Assembly: GCF_004010195.1 (NCBI RefSeq) | Contig: NC_057718.1 | Coordinates: 12,836,474 to 12,888,590, forward strand | Reading direction: 5' to 3' | Source: Chiloscyllium plagiosum | Taxonomy: Eukaryota | Length of the DNA stretch: 52,117 bases | Shown here: piece after piece, positions 24,660 to 36,744 of the stretch | How positions within the stretch are numbered: position 1 is the first letter of the stretch | How the letters are laid out: every line of letters begins with the position of its first letter | Notes under the pieces: generated by a model | Databases searched by the model: none | What the model was told of the DNA's origin: nothing | The model's input: only the letters and a program-made list of their open reading frames with translations | Translations under genes and position numbers: made by a program

Positions 24660-25135
24660 TAAGGTCACCCCTCAGCCTCTGACATTCCAGGGAAAAAAGC
24701 CCCAGTCTATTCAGCTTCTCCTTAAAACTTAAACCCCCCAATCCTAGCAACAACCCCTTGTAAATCTTTTCTGAACACCTACAAGTTTAACAACATCTTT
24801 CCTACAGCAGGGTGGCCAAAATCGAATGCAGTATTCTAAAAGTGGCCTCACCAATGTCCTGTACTGCCGCAACATGGCATCCCAACTCCTATACTCAGTA
24901 GACTGACCAACGAAGACAAGCCTTTTTCACCATCTTGTCTACCTGTGACTCCACCTTCAAGGAACAATGAACCTGCACCCCTAGGTCTCTTTGATCAGCA
25001 GTACATGCCAGGGCCCTACCACTAAGCAAATAAATCCTGCCCTGGTTTGCCTTACCAAAATGCAACAGCTCACATTTATCTAAGTAAAACTCCATCTGCC
25101 ACTCCTCAATCCATCAGACCATTTGATCAAGAATA
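24660..25135 (-). mobile_element. CR1 RT C-terminal fragment
   Basis: MEFYLDKCELLHFGK...QRDLGVQVH. Confidence 0.9.
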
Positions 25136-25329
25136 TCACTGAAAAAGGGCAACATGACATCCCAACTTCTATACGCAATGCACTGACCAATAAAGCAAGC
25201 ATACCAAACGTTTTCTGCACTATCCGATCTTTTTCCAAGGCTTTTTGTCTTGCACTCTACAGGTCAGGCTCAAGAATTCCAAATTATAATCATTTAATAA
25301 TTTGGTATTCTTATGTTTGTGCGGATACA

Positions 25330-26088
25330 GGTAAATCAGAGCAGGACTTATACACTTAATCTAAGGTCCTGGGAAATGTTGCTGAACAAAGAGACCTTGG
25401 AGTGCAGGTTCATAGCTCCTTGAAAGTGGAGTCGCAGGTAGATAGGATAGTGCAGAAAGCGTTTGGTATGCTTGCTTTATTGGTCAGTGCATTGCATATA
25501 GCAGTTGGGATGTCATGTTGCATCTGTACAGGACATTAGTTAGGCCACTTTTGGAATGTTGTGTACAATTCTGGTCTCCCTCCAATAGGAAAGATGTTGT
25601 GAAACTTGAATGGGTTCAGAAAAGATTTGCAAGGATGTTACCAGGGTTGGAGGGTTTGAGCTATAGGGAGAGACTGAATAGGCTAGGGCTGTTTTCCCTG
25701 GAGTGTCGGAATCTGAGAGGTCACCTTATAGAGATTAATAAAATCATGAGGGGCATGGATAGGGTAAATAGACAAGGTATTTTCCCCGGGTTGGGGGAGT
25801 CCAGAACTAGGAGGCATAGGTTTAGAATGAGTGGGGAAAGATTTAAAAGGGACTTAAGTGGCAAATTGTTCATGCAAAGGGTGGTACATGTATGGAACGA
25901 GCTGCCAGAGGAAGTAGTGGAGGCTGGTACAATTTTAATAGGCATCTGGATGGGTAAATGAATAGGAAGGGTTGACAGGGATATGGGCCAGGTACTGGCA
26001 AATGGAATTAGATTAATTTAGGATATCTATTCGGCATGGACGAGTTGGACCAAAGGGTCTGTTTCCATGCTGTATATCTCTATGACTT
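25330..26088 (+). mobile_element. CR1/HER1 3' fragment
   Basis: ORF 25515-25961 LYRTLVRPLLECCVQFWSP...; complete 3'UTR. Confidence 0.95.
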
Positions 26089-26319
26089 GATGTGCAAAAT
26101 GCAAAATATGTGGCAACAAGTCACTGTTTTCAGCAATAACTAACACTTTAATTGACTAATGAGGACTATAACTGGCCAAATCTGTATTTTTATGTGGCCT
26201 GTGGTTTATGTATTGGAACACACTGGACTTACAAAACATTCAATCATGTTCCATGTTTCTAATTACTGATTTCTCAGAGCTACACTCGTATAACGATCAG
26301 GTTGGGTTTTCTTCTTGCA

Positions 26320-26970
26320 GGTCATTCAGAAAGCCAATGGAATGCTAACCTTTATTGCTAGAAGCGATGGTGTTTAAAGTTACGGAAATCTTGTTAAATT
26401 GCTGTATGACTCCATGTATGGGACTTTAGAGAGACCACACTTAGAGTAGTGTTACAATTTTATTTCCTTTATTTAGGAGGTGGGATATACTTGCATTGGA
26501 GGTCACTCAGGGAAGATGCACAAAGCTGATTCTTGATGAAGCAGATGTTTTGTAAAGAAAGATTGAGCAGGTCAGTCGTGTACTCTTTGGAATTCAGAGA
26601 TGATCTGACTGAAACCTGTAAAATTCTGAGGGGGCTTGACAGGAGGATGCTGAGAGGATCTCTCTCCCCCTTGTTGGGGAACCTAGAACTAAGGAGCACA
26701 GTTTCAGAATAAGAGGCCACCCATTTGATGAGCAGAAAGTTCTCATCTCAGAGGGTCAGTTGTTTGTGGAAGTCCCTCTCCCAGAGAACTGTAGACGCTG
26801 AGTCATTATCTAACACTGCTTTGACTATATTCACATCAAACAGGAAGCCAGAGAGGTGAGGGGAGGGGTAGGAAAGTAAAGATGACAATCCGGTCAGCCA
26901 TTATCTTACTGATTGGTGGAGTAGGCCTATTGAGCTCAATGACCTCGCCCATTCCTTTGTCTTATGTTCT
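26320..26970 (+). mobile_element. Old CR1 3' fragment
   Basis: AGAAAGCCAATGGAATGCTAACCTTTATTGC...AGACCACACTTAGAGTA; 3'UTR ending CTTATGTTCT. Confidence 0.8.
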
Positions 26971-27034
26971 CAACTGTTGAGCCCCTGAAGGGGTGTTCAG
27001 TCATTAGTGTGAAATGCCAGACATTCTGTTTTCT

Positions 27035-27430
27035 TCCTTTATTCCTTCATGGGATGTGGGCAAAGCCAGCACTTGTTATCCATTCTTAATTGCTGTTGTG
27101 CTGACTGGCTTTCTAGTCTATTTCAGAGAGCAGTTATGAATCAACCACATTGACGTTGGTCTGGAGTCAGAGGCCAGACCAGATAAGGATGGCAGATTTC
27201 CTTCCCACAAGGACATTCGTGAACAACAAATAAATGCTGTAGATGCCATCATTTCTGAGACTATCTTTCAATTCCAGATTTATTCGTTGAACTCTAAACT
27301 ATTAGAGTCGATAAAGTGTGGTGTTGGAAAAACCCACATCACCTGAGGAGCAAGAGACTCAAGATTTCGGGCTTAACCCTATTAGCCCAGGCTTTTGGAC
27401 TACCAGTCCACTAACATTCCCATTACATCA
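27035..27430 (-). mobile_element. tRNA-derived SINE (family sharing its tail with the 13240/36745 LINE), interrupted by a PLE arm at about 27300-27385
   Basis: Homologous to 30427-30670; minus-strand tail GCAATTAAGAATGG...GCCCACATCCCATG. Confidence 0.7.
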
Positions 27431-27999
27431 TCATTTCTCACATGGCCTAGCACTGATATCCAACAGGGGACGGTGATGTCTGGAGGTGTGAGGTGCTGCT
27501 GGGGCTGGGGTCAATTTGATTGCAATTTGTTCGAAATGTTCACCTACAGTGACGCAAAAAAAAGGTCCTCATTGGCAAATGTGGAATAGTATTGGAGTGA
27601 ACACAGAGGTCAGGAAGTCCTCTCTTACTGCTGCCCAGTATTTGTTTCACCTCCTTGGAAAGTGCCTTAACACATTAAATTCACAGATCTAAACACAGAT
27701 ATTTATTGTTGCTTGGAACTATCATGGTGCAAGCCTCCACCACATCAGGGACTGTTACATAAGCATTGGCAAGCAGTTCTCAAAGGGATGTATTCACTAA
27801 GTTGCAGAAATGTCAAAATATGGGATATCTTGCGAATGACGGTGTTATTGGAGAAGGCAGTAAATAGTATATGATTTAAATAGGACAACAATGGCTCTTA
27901 AGACGTTTAGGGCACAGGACTGATCAGGAGAAGAAAATAAATGACTTTAGGAATGTTAAGCTTCTGACTGATTCTAAAAGGGATTCCTTATTCTTTTAT

Positions 28000-28210
28000 A
28001 AAAAGCTCAATACTGTGGATGCCGGAAATCTAAAATATAACTGAATCATATTGCAAACCTCAGCAGTCAAGGATAGAAACCAACATTAGTGTTTCAGGTC
28101 ATTGACCTTTCCCATTCTTCAGAAAGGTCATCGACCTGACATGTTATCACCGTTCCTCTCTCCACAGCCACTGCCTGGTGTGTCGTGTTTTTCCAGCGTC
28201 TCTTCTTTCT
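28000..28210. mobile_element. Old miniature fold-back PLE (family B-like)
   Basis: Inverted core TGTTTCAGGTCATTGACCTTTC / GAAAGGTCATCGACCTGACATG; flanks resemble 34773-35000. Confidence 0.6.
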
Positions 28211-28454
28211 CTTTGCTGTGATGGTTACAATCACAGCCCATGAAAGTACCTAGTCAGAAGTTAGGAGTGATGTACACGACCATCATTGCTACTGCCTCCC
28301 CAAGTCACCCACTATAGAAGCTTAGCCTTGCTTACAATCCATTCCCTGGGATTTGCAGTCTCTGACCAGCCTCAACACTGACCTCCTGCCACTCATTCCC
28401 TCTCTAAGGGAATATTGACCCAGCCTTCACATCCACATGCATTACCTGAAAATA

Positions 28455-29380
28455 GAACAGATTTTGCCGATGATACGAGGTTAGGTGGACAGGCAGGTAG
28501 TACTGAGGAGGTGGTAGGCTACAGAAAGATTTAGACAGTTTAGGAGAGTGGTCCAAGAAACGGCTGATGAAATTCAATGTGAGCAAATGTGGGGTCTTGC
28601 ACTTTGGAAAAAAAGAACACAGGCCTGGACTATTTTCTAAACGGTGAGAAAATTCATAAAGCCAAAGTACAAAGGGATTTGGGAGTGCTAGTCCAGGATT
28701 CTCTAAAGGTTGACTTGCAGGTTTAGAAAGCAAATGTAAAGTTGTCATTTATTTCAAGAGGGTTGGAATGTAAAAGCAGTGATGTGCTACTGAGACTTTA
28801 TAAAGCTCTGGTTAGGCCCCATTTGGAGTACTGTGTTCCAATTTTGGGCCCCACACCTCAGGAAGGACATACTGGCAGTGGAGCGTGTCCAGCGGAGATT
28901 CACATGGATGATCCCTGGAATGGTAGGTCTAACATACGTTGAACCGCTGAGGATCCTGGGATTGTATTCATTAGAATTTAAAAGATTGAGGGGAGATATA
29001 ATAGAAACCTACAAGATAATTCATGGCTTAGAAAGGGTGGATGCTGGGAAGTTGTTTCCGTTAGGCGGGGATACTAGGACTCATGGGCACAGCCTTAGAA
29101 TTAAAGGGGGTCAATTTAGAATGCAAATGAGGAGACATTTCTTCAGTCAGAGAGTGGTGGGCCTCTGGAATTCATTGCCATGGAGTGCAGTGGAGGCCAG
29201 GACATTAAATGCCTTCAGGGAAGAGATTAATAAATTCTTAATCTCGCAAGGAATTAAGGGATACGGTGAGAGTGCGGGTAAGTGGCGTTGAAATGCCCAT
29301 CAGCCATGATTGAATGGTGGAGTGGACTCGATGGGCCGATGGCCTTAGTTCCACTCTTATGTCTTATGCTCTTATGGTCT
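28455..29380 (+). mobile_element. CR1 3' fragment (RT FADDT to 3' end)
   Basis: TTTGCCGATGATACG start; ORF 28833-29291; (TCTTATG)n tail. Confidence 0.95.
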
Positions 29381-29431
29381 AACTTCAGACAAGAGAGAAT
29401 AGAACTTTGACAGTCAAGTATCATCCAATGA

Positions 29432-29785
29432 GGTAATGAACATTAGACAGGATTAGACAGGATAAACACAGGAAAGATGTTCCTGATGACTGGGGAGTCC
29501 AGAACCAGGGATCACAGCCTAAAGATACAGGGTAGGCCATTTAGGACTGAGGTGAGGAGAAATTTCTTCATGTAGAGAATGGTGACCTGTTGAATTCTCT
29601 GCTGCTGAAAATGGTTGAGGCCAAAACATTGAATGTTTTCAAGAAGGACTTGGGTATAGTTAAAGAGATCAAAGAGTGTGGAGAAAAAGTAGGAGCAGGA
29701 TACTGAGTTTGATGATCATATTGAATGGTGGAACAGGCTCAAAAGGCTGAATGGCCAATCCCTGCTGTTATTTTCTATGTTTCTG
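29432..29785 (+). mobile_element. CR1 3' fragment
   Basis: GAGTCCAGAACCAGGG...GAGGAGAAATTTCTTC; tail TTCTATGTTTCT. Confidence 0.85.
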
Positions 29786-30426
29786 TGGTTGCTTGCAATA
29801 TATCCATCTTGAGTTGGCATCTGACTATTGGGGCATCATGAACTTCCTTGTTGATACACAGCAGCTACAGCCTTGGAGCAGGAATGGGAGTGCAGAGCTC
29901 CTGGTGCCAATGGAAGCTGACACCTTCACGATGGAAACAGCAGAGAGGGGAGGATATGGAAACATTGCTTCTGCTTTGCTGTCAGTCTTTAATCACACAG
30001 AGCTGCCCTTTGCTATGCTTAATCCAGTTAATTCCCTGAACTTTATCCACCAGATTGAGTGTAGATTTCCTTTCTCTCCTGACCCAAGCTGCTTATCAGT
30101 TAAGAGGAAACCACATTTGCCTTGCCCAGTCTGTGCAGTCAAGTAAACAATAATGCAAGTCCTTGTCAGAAATGATGACAGAATTTTTCCAGCTAAATTG
30201 TTTTCAATAATTTCATTACTCAAGTCTGAGTCTGAATGTCTGAGATATGCTTGTGGCAGGGTTAATCAAAGACACAACTTCTTTCTGCTTTGTTTTAACT
30301 TCACAAATGTTCCCTTTGCAAATTTGAATATTGCCGTTAGATGAGGCTGTGTTTGCTGGCATAAAATGGGGGAGTCCCACTCACACAGTCAGCCCCAGCA
30401 ACACAAGTCGCAAAGTAGCATTTTCC

Positions 30427-30670
30427 TTTATGGGATGTGGGTTTGGAGTCACGTGGAGGCCAGACCAGGTAAAGACAGCAGTTTCCTTCCCTAAAGGACA
30501 GTAGTGAACCGGATGGGTTTTCTCCTGACAATTAACAACGATTTCATGGTCATCATTAGATTCTCAATGCAAACTTCACCATCTGATTTGTGGGATTTGG
30601 ATTAGGATCCCCAGAATATTAGCTGGGGGTCTCTGGATTAGTAATCCTGCGATAATACCAATAGGCCATC
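30427..30670 (-). mobile_element. tRNA-derived SINE (same family as 27035)
   Basis: Minus-strand head GGCCTATTGGTATT (A-box-like) ...CCAAATCCC (B-box-like); shared body. Confidence 0.7.
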
Positions 30671-31104
30671 ACCTTCCTGCAACAGTATCTCCTTTTCTCA
30701 CTTTTCCATCCCTCTCAGCACCACCATTTTCTGCGTGACCTTAGCATTGACATACCTGCTGGCTGGTCAGCTGTAAGTGCATCACAGTAAATTAAGGGAG
30801 CTCCGCTTTGTGTCCAAATCCCTCACAGGATGGCAAGCTGGAACCTCATCTGCTTTTCCCCTTTTCCCAGTACCTAGCAGGAAAACCTGATGGTGGATTC
30901 CTCCAACCAAACCCTGCTAACTCAGTGCAAACACCCACCGGGCTCCAACATTGAAAAGTCAGAAAGCCATCAGCTCTGGGCCTGTGTGAGGAGTTTACGC
31001 ACATAACCTAAATTATGTCCATTCAAACTTGCTGACAAGCAACATGATTTTAAGTGCAAACACTGGTTTTAACAGAAAGCTTATTAGACAGGTGAAAGGC
31101 TTCG

Positions 31105-31490
31105 TATTAATTATAAGATTCTTAGGAGGCTTGACACGATTGATGCAGGAAGATTGATGCACTCCTCCTGTGGGAGAATCGAGGTTCAGGGGTCAAGATC
31201 TCAGAATAAGGGGTCGCACAATTAAGACAGAGATGAGGAGGAATTTCTTCTCTCACATAGTGAGTCTGTGGAATTCTTTGTCACGGGGGATTGTTGAGGC
31301 TGGGTCATTATGTACAGTCAAGGCTGAGACAGACAGATGTTTAATCAGGAAGGGAATCAAGGGTTATGGGGAGAAAGGCAGGAAAGTGGAGTTGAGAATT
31401 ATCAGATCAGCCACGATCCCATTGAATGGTGAAGCAGACCCGAATATCAAATGTGCTACTTCTGCAGCGACGTTTTATGGTCTTACTCAA
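31105..31490 (+). mobile_element. CR1 3' fragment
   Basis: ORF 31170: GQDLRIRGRTIKTEMRRNFFS..VSLWNSL. Confidence 0.9.
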
Positions 31491-31564
31491 TATCTGTCAA
31501 CTTTCACATGGGAGTAAAATGCTTACAATGATCAAAGAGTGTTTTGAATTGCATTTTTTTAATA

Positions 31565-31881
31565 TAGATTTCCTACAGTGTGGAACAGGCCCTTCGGCCC
31601 AACAAATCCACACCGACCCTCCAAAGAGCAACCCACCCAGACCCATTCCCCTACATTCACCCTGACTAATGCACCTAACACTATGGGCAATTTAGCATGG
31701 CCAATTCACTCACCTGCACATCTTTGGACTGTGGGAGGAAACTGGAGCACCCGGAGGAACCCATGCAGACACAGGGAGAATATGCAAACTCCACACAGAC
31801 AGTTGCCCAGGGTGGGAATTGAACCCAGGTCCCTGGCGCTGTGAGGCAGTAGTGCTAACTGCTGAGCCACTGTGCCGCCCC
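31565..31881 (-). mobile_element. HE1-type V-SINE
   Basis: Full head, V-domain and tail. Confidence 0.92.
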
Positions 31882-31899
31882 AATTTTTATAAAGCAACT

Positions 31900-32545
31900 T
31901 CCCCAATATCAGACCTCACAAAATATTTTGCAACCAAAATGATATGTTTAATATGTAGCCAGTATAGTAATCCAGGAAACACAGTGAGAATCTAAAACCA
32001 GCAAATGATAATAACCACATAATGATTGGATCTCATTAAGTTTTTAATCATTTTGATTGAGAGATAAATAAGGTGAGGGAGGAAAGATTTGAAAAGGACC
32101 TCCAGGGGCAGCTTTTTCCTGCAGTGGTACGTGTGTAGAAAGAGCTGCCAGAGGAAGTGGTAGAAGCTGGTACAATTACAACCTTTAAAAGGCCTCTGGA
32201 TGGGTATATGAGTCGAAAGGGTTTAGAAGGACCGGGACCAATGCTGTCAAATGGGACTAGATTAATTTAGGATATCTGGTCGACAGATGGCCCAAAGACT
32301 CTATTTGCCAGAACACTAGCAAGAATTCCCTAGCTCCTTCTTGGAATAATGCCAAGAGAGCTTTTGCGAGGATGCAAGGAGCTTCAGGTTAATGTGCCAT
32401 TTGAAAGGGAGCACCTCCAAGAGTGCAGCACTCCTTCAGCACAGCACTTAAAGGGTAGGTTGGCCTATAAACTCATATCTCTGCAGTTGGACTTGAATCC
32501 ACAACATTTGTGCCTCCTGGCATAGAAGTTGCCCAATTGTTCAGC
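31900..32545 (-). mobile_element. Deu-domain SINE (SacSINE1-like), interrupted by a CR1 fragment at 32070-32298 (plus)
   Basis: GAAAGGGAGCACCTCCAAGAGTGCAGCACTCCTTCAG...GGACTTGAATCCACAAC resembles the reverse complement of a DeuSINE head/core; recognised from memory. Confidence 0.6.
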
Positions 32546-32580
32546 AAATGAAGGCAATGCTGTCTCTTCTGGTGGTATTC

Positions 32581-33110
32581 ACCTATTGGAAGGATGTTGT
32601 GAAACTTGAAAGGGTTCAGAAAAGATTTACAAGGATGTTGCCAGGGTTGGAGAATTTGAGCTTTAGGCAGAGGTTGAATAGGCTGGGGCTGGTTTCCCTG
32701 GAGCGTCAGAGACTGATAGAGGCAAATAGAGGTTTATAAATGCATGAGGGGCATGGATAGGATAAGCAGAGAAGATCTTTTCCCTGGGGTGGGGGGGAGT
32801 GTAGAACTAAATGGCATAGGTTTAAGGTGAGAAGGGAAAAATATAAAAGGGACCTACGAGGCAACTTTTTCACGCAGAGGGTGGTGCATGTATGGAATGA
32901 GCTGCTGGAGGAAGTGGTGGAGGCTGGTACAATTACAGCATTTAAAAGATTCTGGATGCGTATATGAATAGGAAGGGTTTAGAGAGATATGGGCCAAGTG
33001 CTAGCAAATGGGACTGGTTTAGATTAGGTTAGGATAACTGGTCGGCATGGACAAGTTGGACCAAAGGGTCTGTTTCCATACTGTACATCTCTCTGACCCA
33101 ATGACTCTGA
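32581..33110 (+). mobile_element. CR1/HER1 3' fragment
   Basis: KDVVKLERVQKRFTRMLPGL; complete 3'UTR. Confidence 0.93.
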
Positions 33111-34689
33111 ACTTTCTTGGACTTCAGAGGATGAAGAAGAAATAAAAGTCACAAATGTGCAAGTCCAGTGTTACCTTGTCCAAATTCTGGGGACATAGGG
33201 AACAGGACACTTCAGTGGGATTAGCTTTGGCGAAGAATAAGTCCTAATACAGATTAGTTTAGCAGAACTAGCTTGGAGTTGTAATTTTGATGGGTCTGGA
33301 AGGGGATATGAAGAGCTGGGACATGTACGATAAGTGGTCCTGCGGCGTAAGGTGGGAGAGTCTTATTCCTCAAAAGTAGGTTCTGCTGGCCAGGATGTTT
33401 CCAACAGCTGACTCCTGATGCAACCACTCGACTCACAACTCAATCTCGACAGGAAATTCCCACGAGGGAAACATTGGCCCCAAAGAGGTCAAACATGGCT
33501 TGCAGCCTCGTGAATTGTGTCTGACCAAACCAAAGAACTGTAATCCGGTAAGACACTGAACACACCCCCTGGATGTGAAGTCGAGGAGTCAGAGGGAGAG
33601 CACAATCTTTCAAAAGCCTCATTCTGCCCAACCCTTCAAGCCCCTGGCAGTTTTGGAATTATCAGCTATCTCAGAAGCCACTGAACTGAGTAGAAGTGAG
33701 TTATTCTCGATCCTGAGGGATTGCCTGAGGTAAGGTAGTGGTGGGGGGATGTTAGGTGAAGGGGTTGAGGGTGCGAGTTGGTGGGAGGCTGGGGGAATAC
33801 GTCAATGTTATTCTTAATTGGGCTGCACATCTCCAACAAGAAAATGTGCAAATCAAAAGCAGAATATCATTATAGTATGTCGTGGGACAGCTGGTAGATG
33901 GAGGACAGTTTCAACCCATCTGTTTACACAGGGCTATCTAACTCAGATCAGCACTTAATACCAGACCCAAGCCAGTTCAACAGTATCTGAGTAAATGGAG
34001 CCTTTAATTACAAACCTGAATCTTTAAGTATTTGGCTGGTGGCTTGGGAAGAAGCACTGATGCAAATCTCTTCCCCAAAGGCATGAGGAGCAGCTGATCT
34101 CACCCAGCTGTCAGCCGACTGCACGACTGAAGATCAGAGAAAAGCCAGAGCCCTTGAATATTTAATTCCAGGGCAATCAGGCATATGTCAGTGCAACAAA
34201 ATGTCTCACGTTTAACCTAAGTAGAGATATGTTACCTTGAATGGTTTCTGAATACCTATGTGAAATGACTTTACAGAGACCAGGAAGTTGTAAGGTGATG
34301 CTAAGTTTTGCAGCAATGATAAATGGGTTAAAATGTAATCACACACCACAGTGAAGTGGCCCTTGATTTGATTATAGAGGCTGCTGCATTTGTCCGGATG
34401 CATTGTTTGCCAGTTGCCTCCAGTGGAGAAACCAATTGGTCCAAACCTGTTTGACAGTCGCAGCATTAGTAATACTCCATTCCTCTCCTCACTATAAGTT
34501 CACTGCTAGTGTGCAGCACAAATCCTGAACATGCTTCTTACTTAGATCTCTGATGTGTGCTATCGAAGCTGCTCTTAGTCACAGCGACAATAGGGTGGCT
34601 ACAATTGGTATTAATGTGTCAGTGAGGGAGAGGTGGTGTTTGAGTGTGGGAAAAGATGAGAAAGAAAATGTTCAGATATATTCCAACTA

Positions 34690-35375
34690 TTGGAGGCAGT
34701 GCAGCTCAGATTTACCAGAATGATAGCTGGATGCCAATATTTAAATTATGAGCCAAGATAACACAAATTAGTAACTTAAAGAATGCGCATGTTGCAAATC
34801 AAAAACAAAAACAGAAATTGCTAGAAAAGCTCAGCAGGTCTGGCAGCACCTGTCGAGAGAAATCAGAGCTAATGTTTCGGGATGGGTGACTCTTCCTCAG
34901 AACTGAACAGAGGAAGGATCACTCCTGAAACGTTAGCTCTGATTTCTCCCCACAGATGCTGCCAGACTTTCTGAGCTTTTCCAACAATTTCTATTTTTGT
35001 AACATGAATTAGTGTTGTACTTCTGGATTTAGTTGTGATTTGATTGACATTTTCAAGATATTAAAGGGAGTTGCCAGAATTGAGAGAATATACTTCTGCT
35101 GAGGACTATGGGATAGTCTCGAAGTTAGACCCAGAACTTTCAGGTGTAAAATTAGAAGGCACTTGTTCATACAAAAGGGTGAGAGCAGTTTGGAACTCAC
35201 TTTTGCAAATGACCAATGGTACTTGATTGAAGGTTAATTTTAAACCTGAGTTTGATAAATTCTTGTTAACCAAAAGCATTAGGATATGGGACAAAAGTGG
35301 TAATATGCAGATAGTTCACAAATCAGCCATGATCTCATGGGGCTAAATGGCCTCCTCCTGGTCCAGTATTTCTAT
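34690..35375 (+). mobile_element. Old CR1 3' fragment interrupted by a miniature PLE
   Basis: TTGGAGGCAGTGCAGCTCAGATTTACCAGAATG... continues after 35013. Confidence 0.75.
34773..34999. mobile_element. Miniature fold-back PLE (family B) with opposed hammerhead motifs
   Basis: ~95-bp inverted arms 34805-34903 and 34909-35000; 32-bp one-sided tail; TSD TAACACAAATTAGT (34759-34772) / TAACATGAATTAGT (35000-35013). Confidence 0.85.
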
Positions 35376-35579
35376 ATGCAGTGATCCAAGTTGGAGAGGA
35401 CATCTATATCAATGCCAGGTGAAGGTGGCATTAGACTTGACTGTGATGTTACCCATGATCAAATAGCTTCCTAACACATATTTATTAGGATAATCATGAA
35501 AATTAGCCACTTATGTACAATACGAGTGAGCAACAGGAATATTTGTGATGATCCCTTAGCAACAATCAGCATCTTCAGT

Positions 35580-35870
35580 AGAAAACATAAGAAATAGGAA
35601 CAGAAGTAGGCCATTCAGCCCCTCAAGCCAGTTCCACCAATCAATAAGATCCTGGCTGATCTAATGTATCTTTAACTGCACTTTCTTGTCTGTTCCCTAG
35701 GCATCTTTGTCAATCGATAGTGTGTCTAACTAGCCCTTGAATATTTTCAATGACCCAGCATCCACTGACTCCTGGGAAGAGAATTCAAAACACCAGAGAT
35801 CAATCTTGAGAGAAGAAATTCCTCCTTATGTCCTTGGTAAGCAGGGCTCCTTTATTTGGAAGCTGTGCAA
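35580..35870 (-). mobile_element. CR1 3' fragment
   Basis: AACATAAGAAATAGGAACAGAAGTAGGCCATTCAGCCC terminus. Confidence 0.8.
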
Positions 35871-36227
35871 TGTTACTCAATCTCAGCATTTTCAGAGCTG
35901 CGACTAATGTTAGCACTGCTGTCCCAGGGACAGTGAAACCCAAGAAAGTTCTGTTCCTCGTCCCTACACAGTGATCCCCGCCAACCCTCCCCCCAGAAAA
36001 AAACACAAACATGCAGCAGCTCAGGGCTGTCAAAGTTGACAATTACCCCAGAGTCTCCACAAATTAAAGATTAATCTCCAGCTCAGTGCAAGACGCCTAA
36101 GGGAAAGGTACTGGGGAAGCTAAACACTGAGAGTTCAAAAACATTTCTCTTGAACCAGTTTTTGTTAGTCATATAAACATCAGACAGGAGGAAACAGAAC
36201 TGTAACAGTCAAGTATTGTCCAATGAT

Positions 36228-36740
36228 GTTATGAAAATTAGACAGGATTAGACACACTAAACACAGGAAGGATGTTCCTGATGACCTGGGAGTCCAGAAC
36301 CAGGGGGGTCACAGTCTAAGGATAGAGGATGGGCCATTTGGGACTGTGATGAGGAGAAATTTCCTCACCCAGAGAGCGGTGAGTATGGAAATCTCTGCCA
36401 CAGAAACTGGTTGAGGCCAAACATTGAATTTTTTCAAGGGGAAATTGGATATCATTCTTTGAGCTAAAGGGATCAAAGGGTATGGGAAGAAAGTGAAAGC
36501 ATGGTTCTGAGTTGAATGATCAGCCATTCAAGAAACACCTGGACAAATACATGAGTCGGAAGGGAATAGAAGGATATGGATCCTGTAAGTGAAGACAGTT
36601 TTAATATGGAAGGGCAAAATGTGTTGGCACAGGCTTGGAGGGCCGAAGAGCCTGTTCTTGTGCTGTATTGCTCGTTGAGTGTATTGAATGATGGACCAGA
36701 CTTGAGGGACTGAATGGGCTACCCCTGCTCCTATCTATCA
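36228..36740 (+). mobile_element. CR1 3' fragment with a second CR1 3'UTR inserted at about 36525-36675
   Basis: Paralogous to 29432-29785; nested TTCAAGAAACACCTGGAC...GTGCTGTATTG. Confidence 0.8.
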
Positions 36741-36744
36741 ACTA

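Noticed and set aside
33370..33735. Possible exons ending at GTAAGA (33548) and GTAAGG (33730)
   Set aside because: No convincing acceptor or recognisable open peptide
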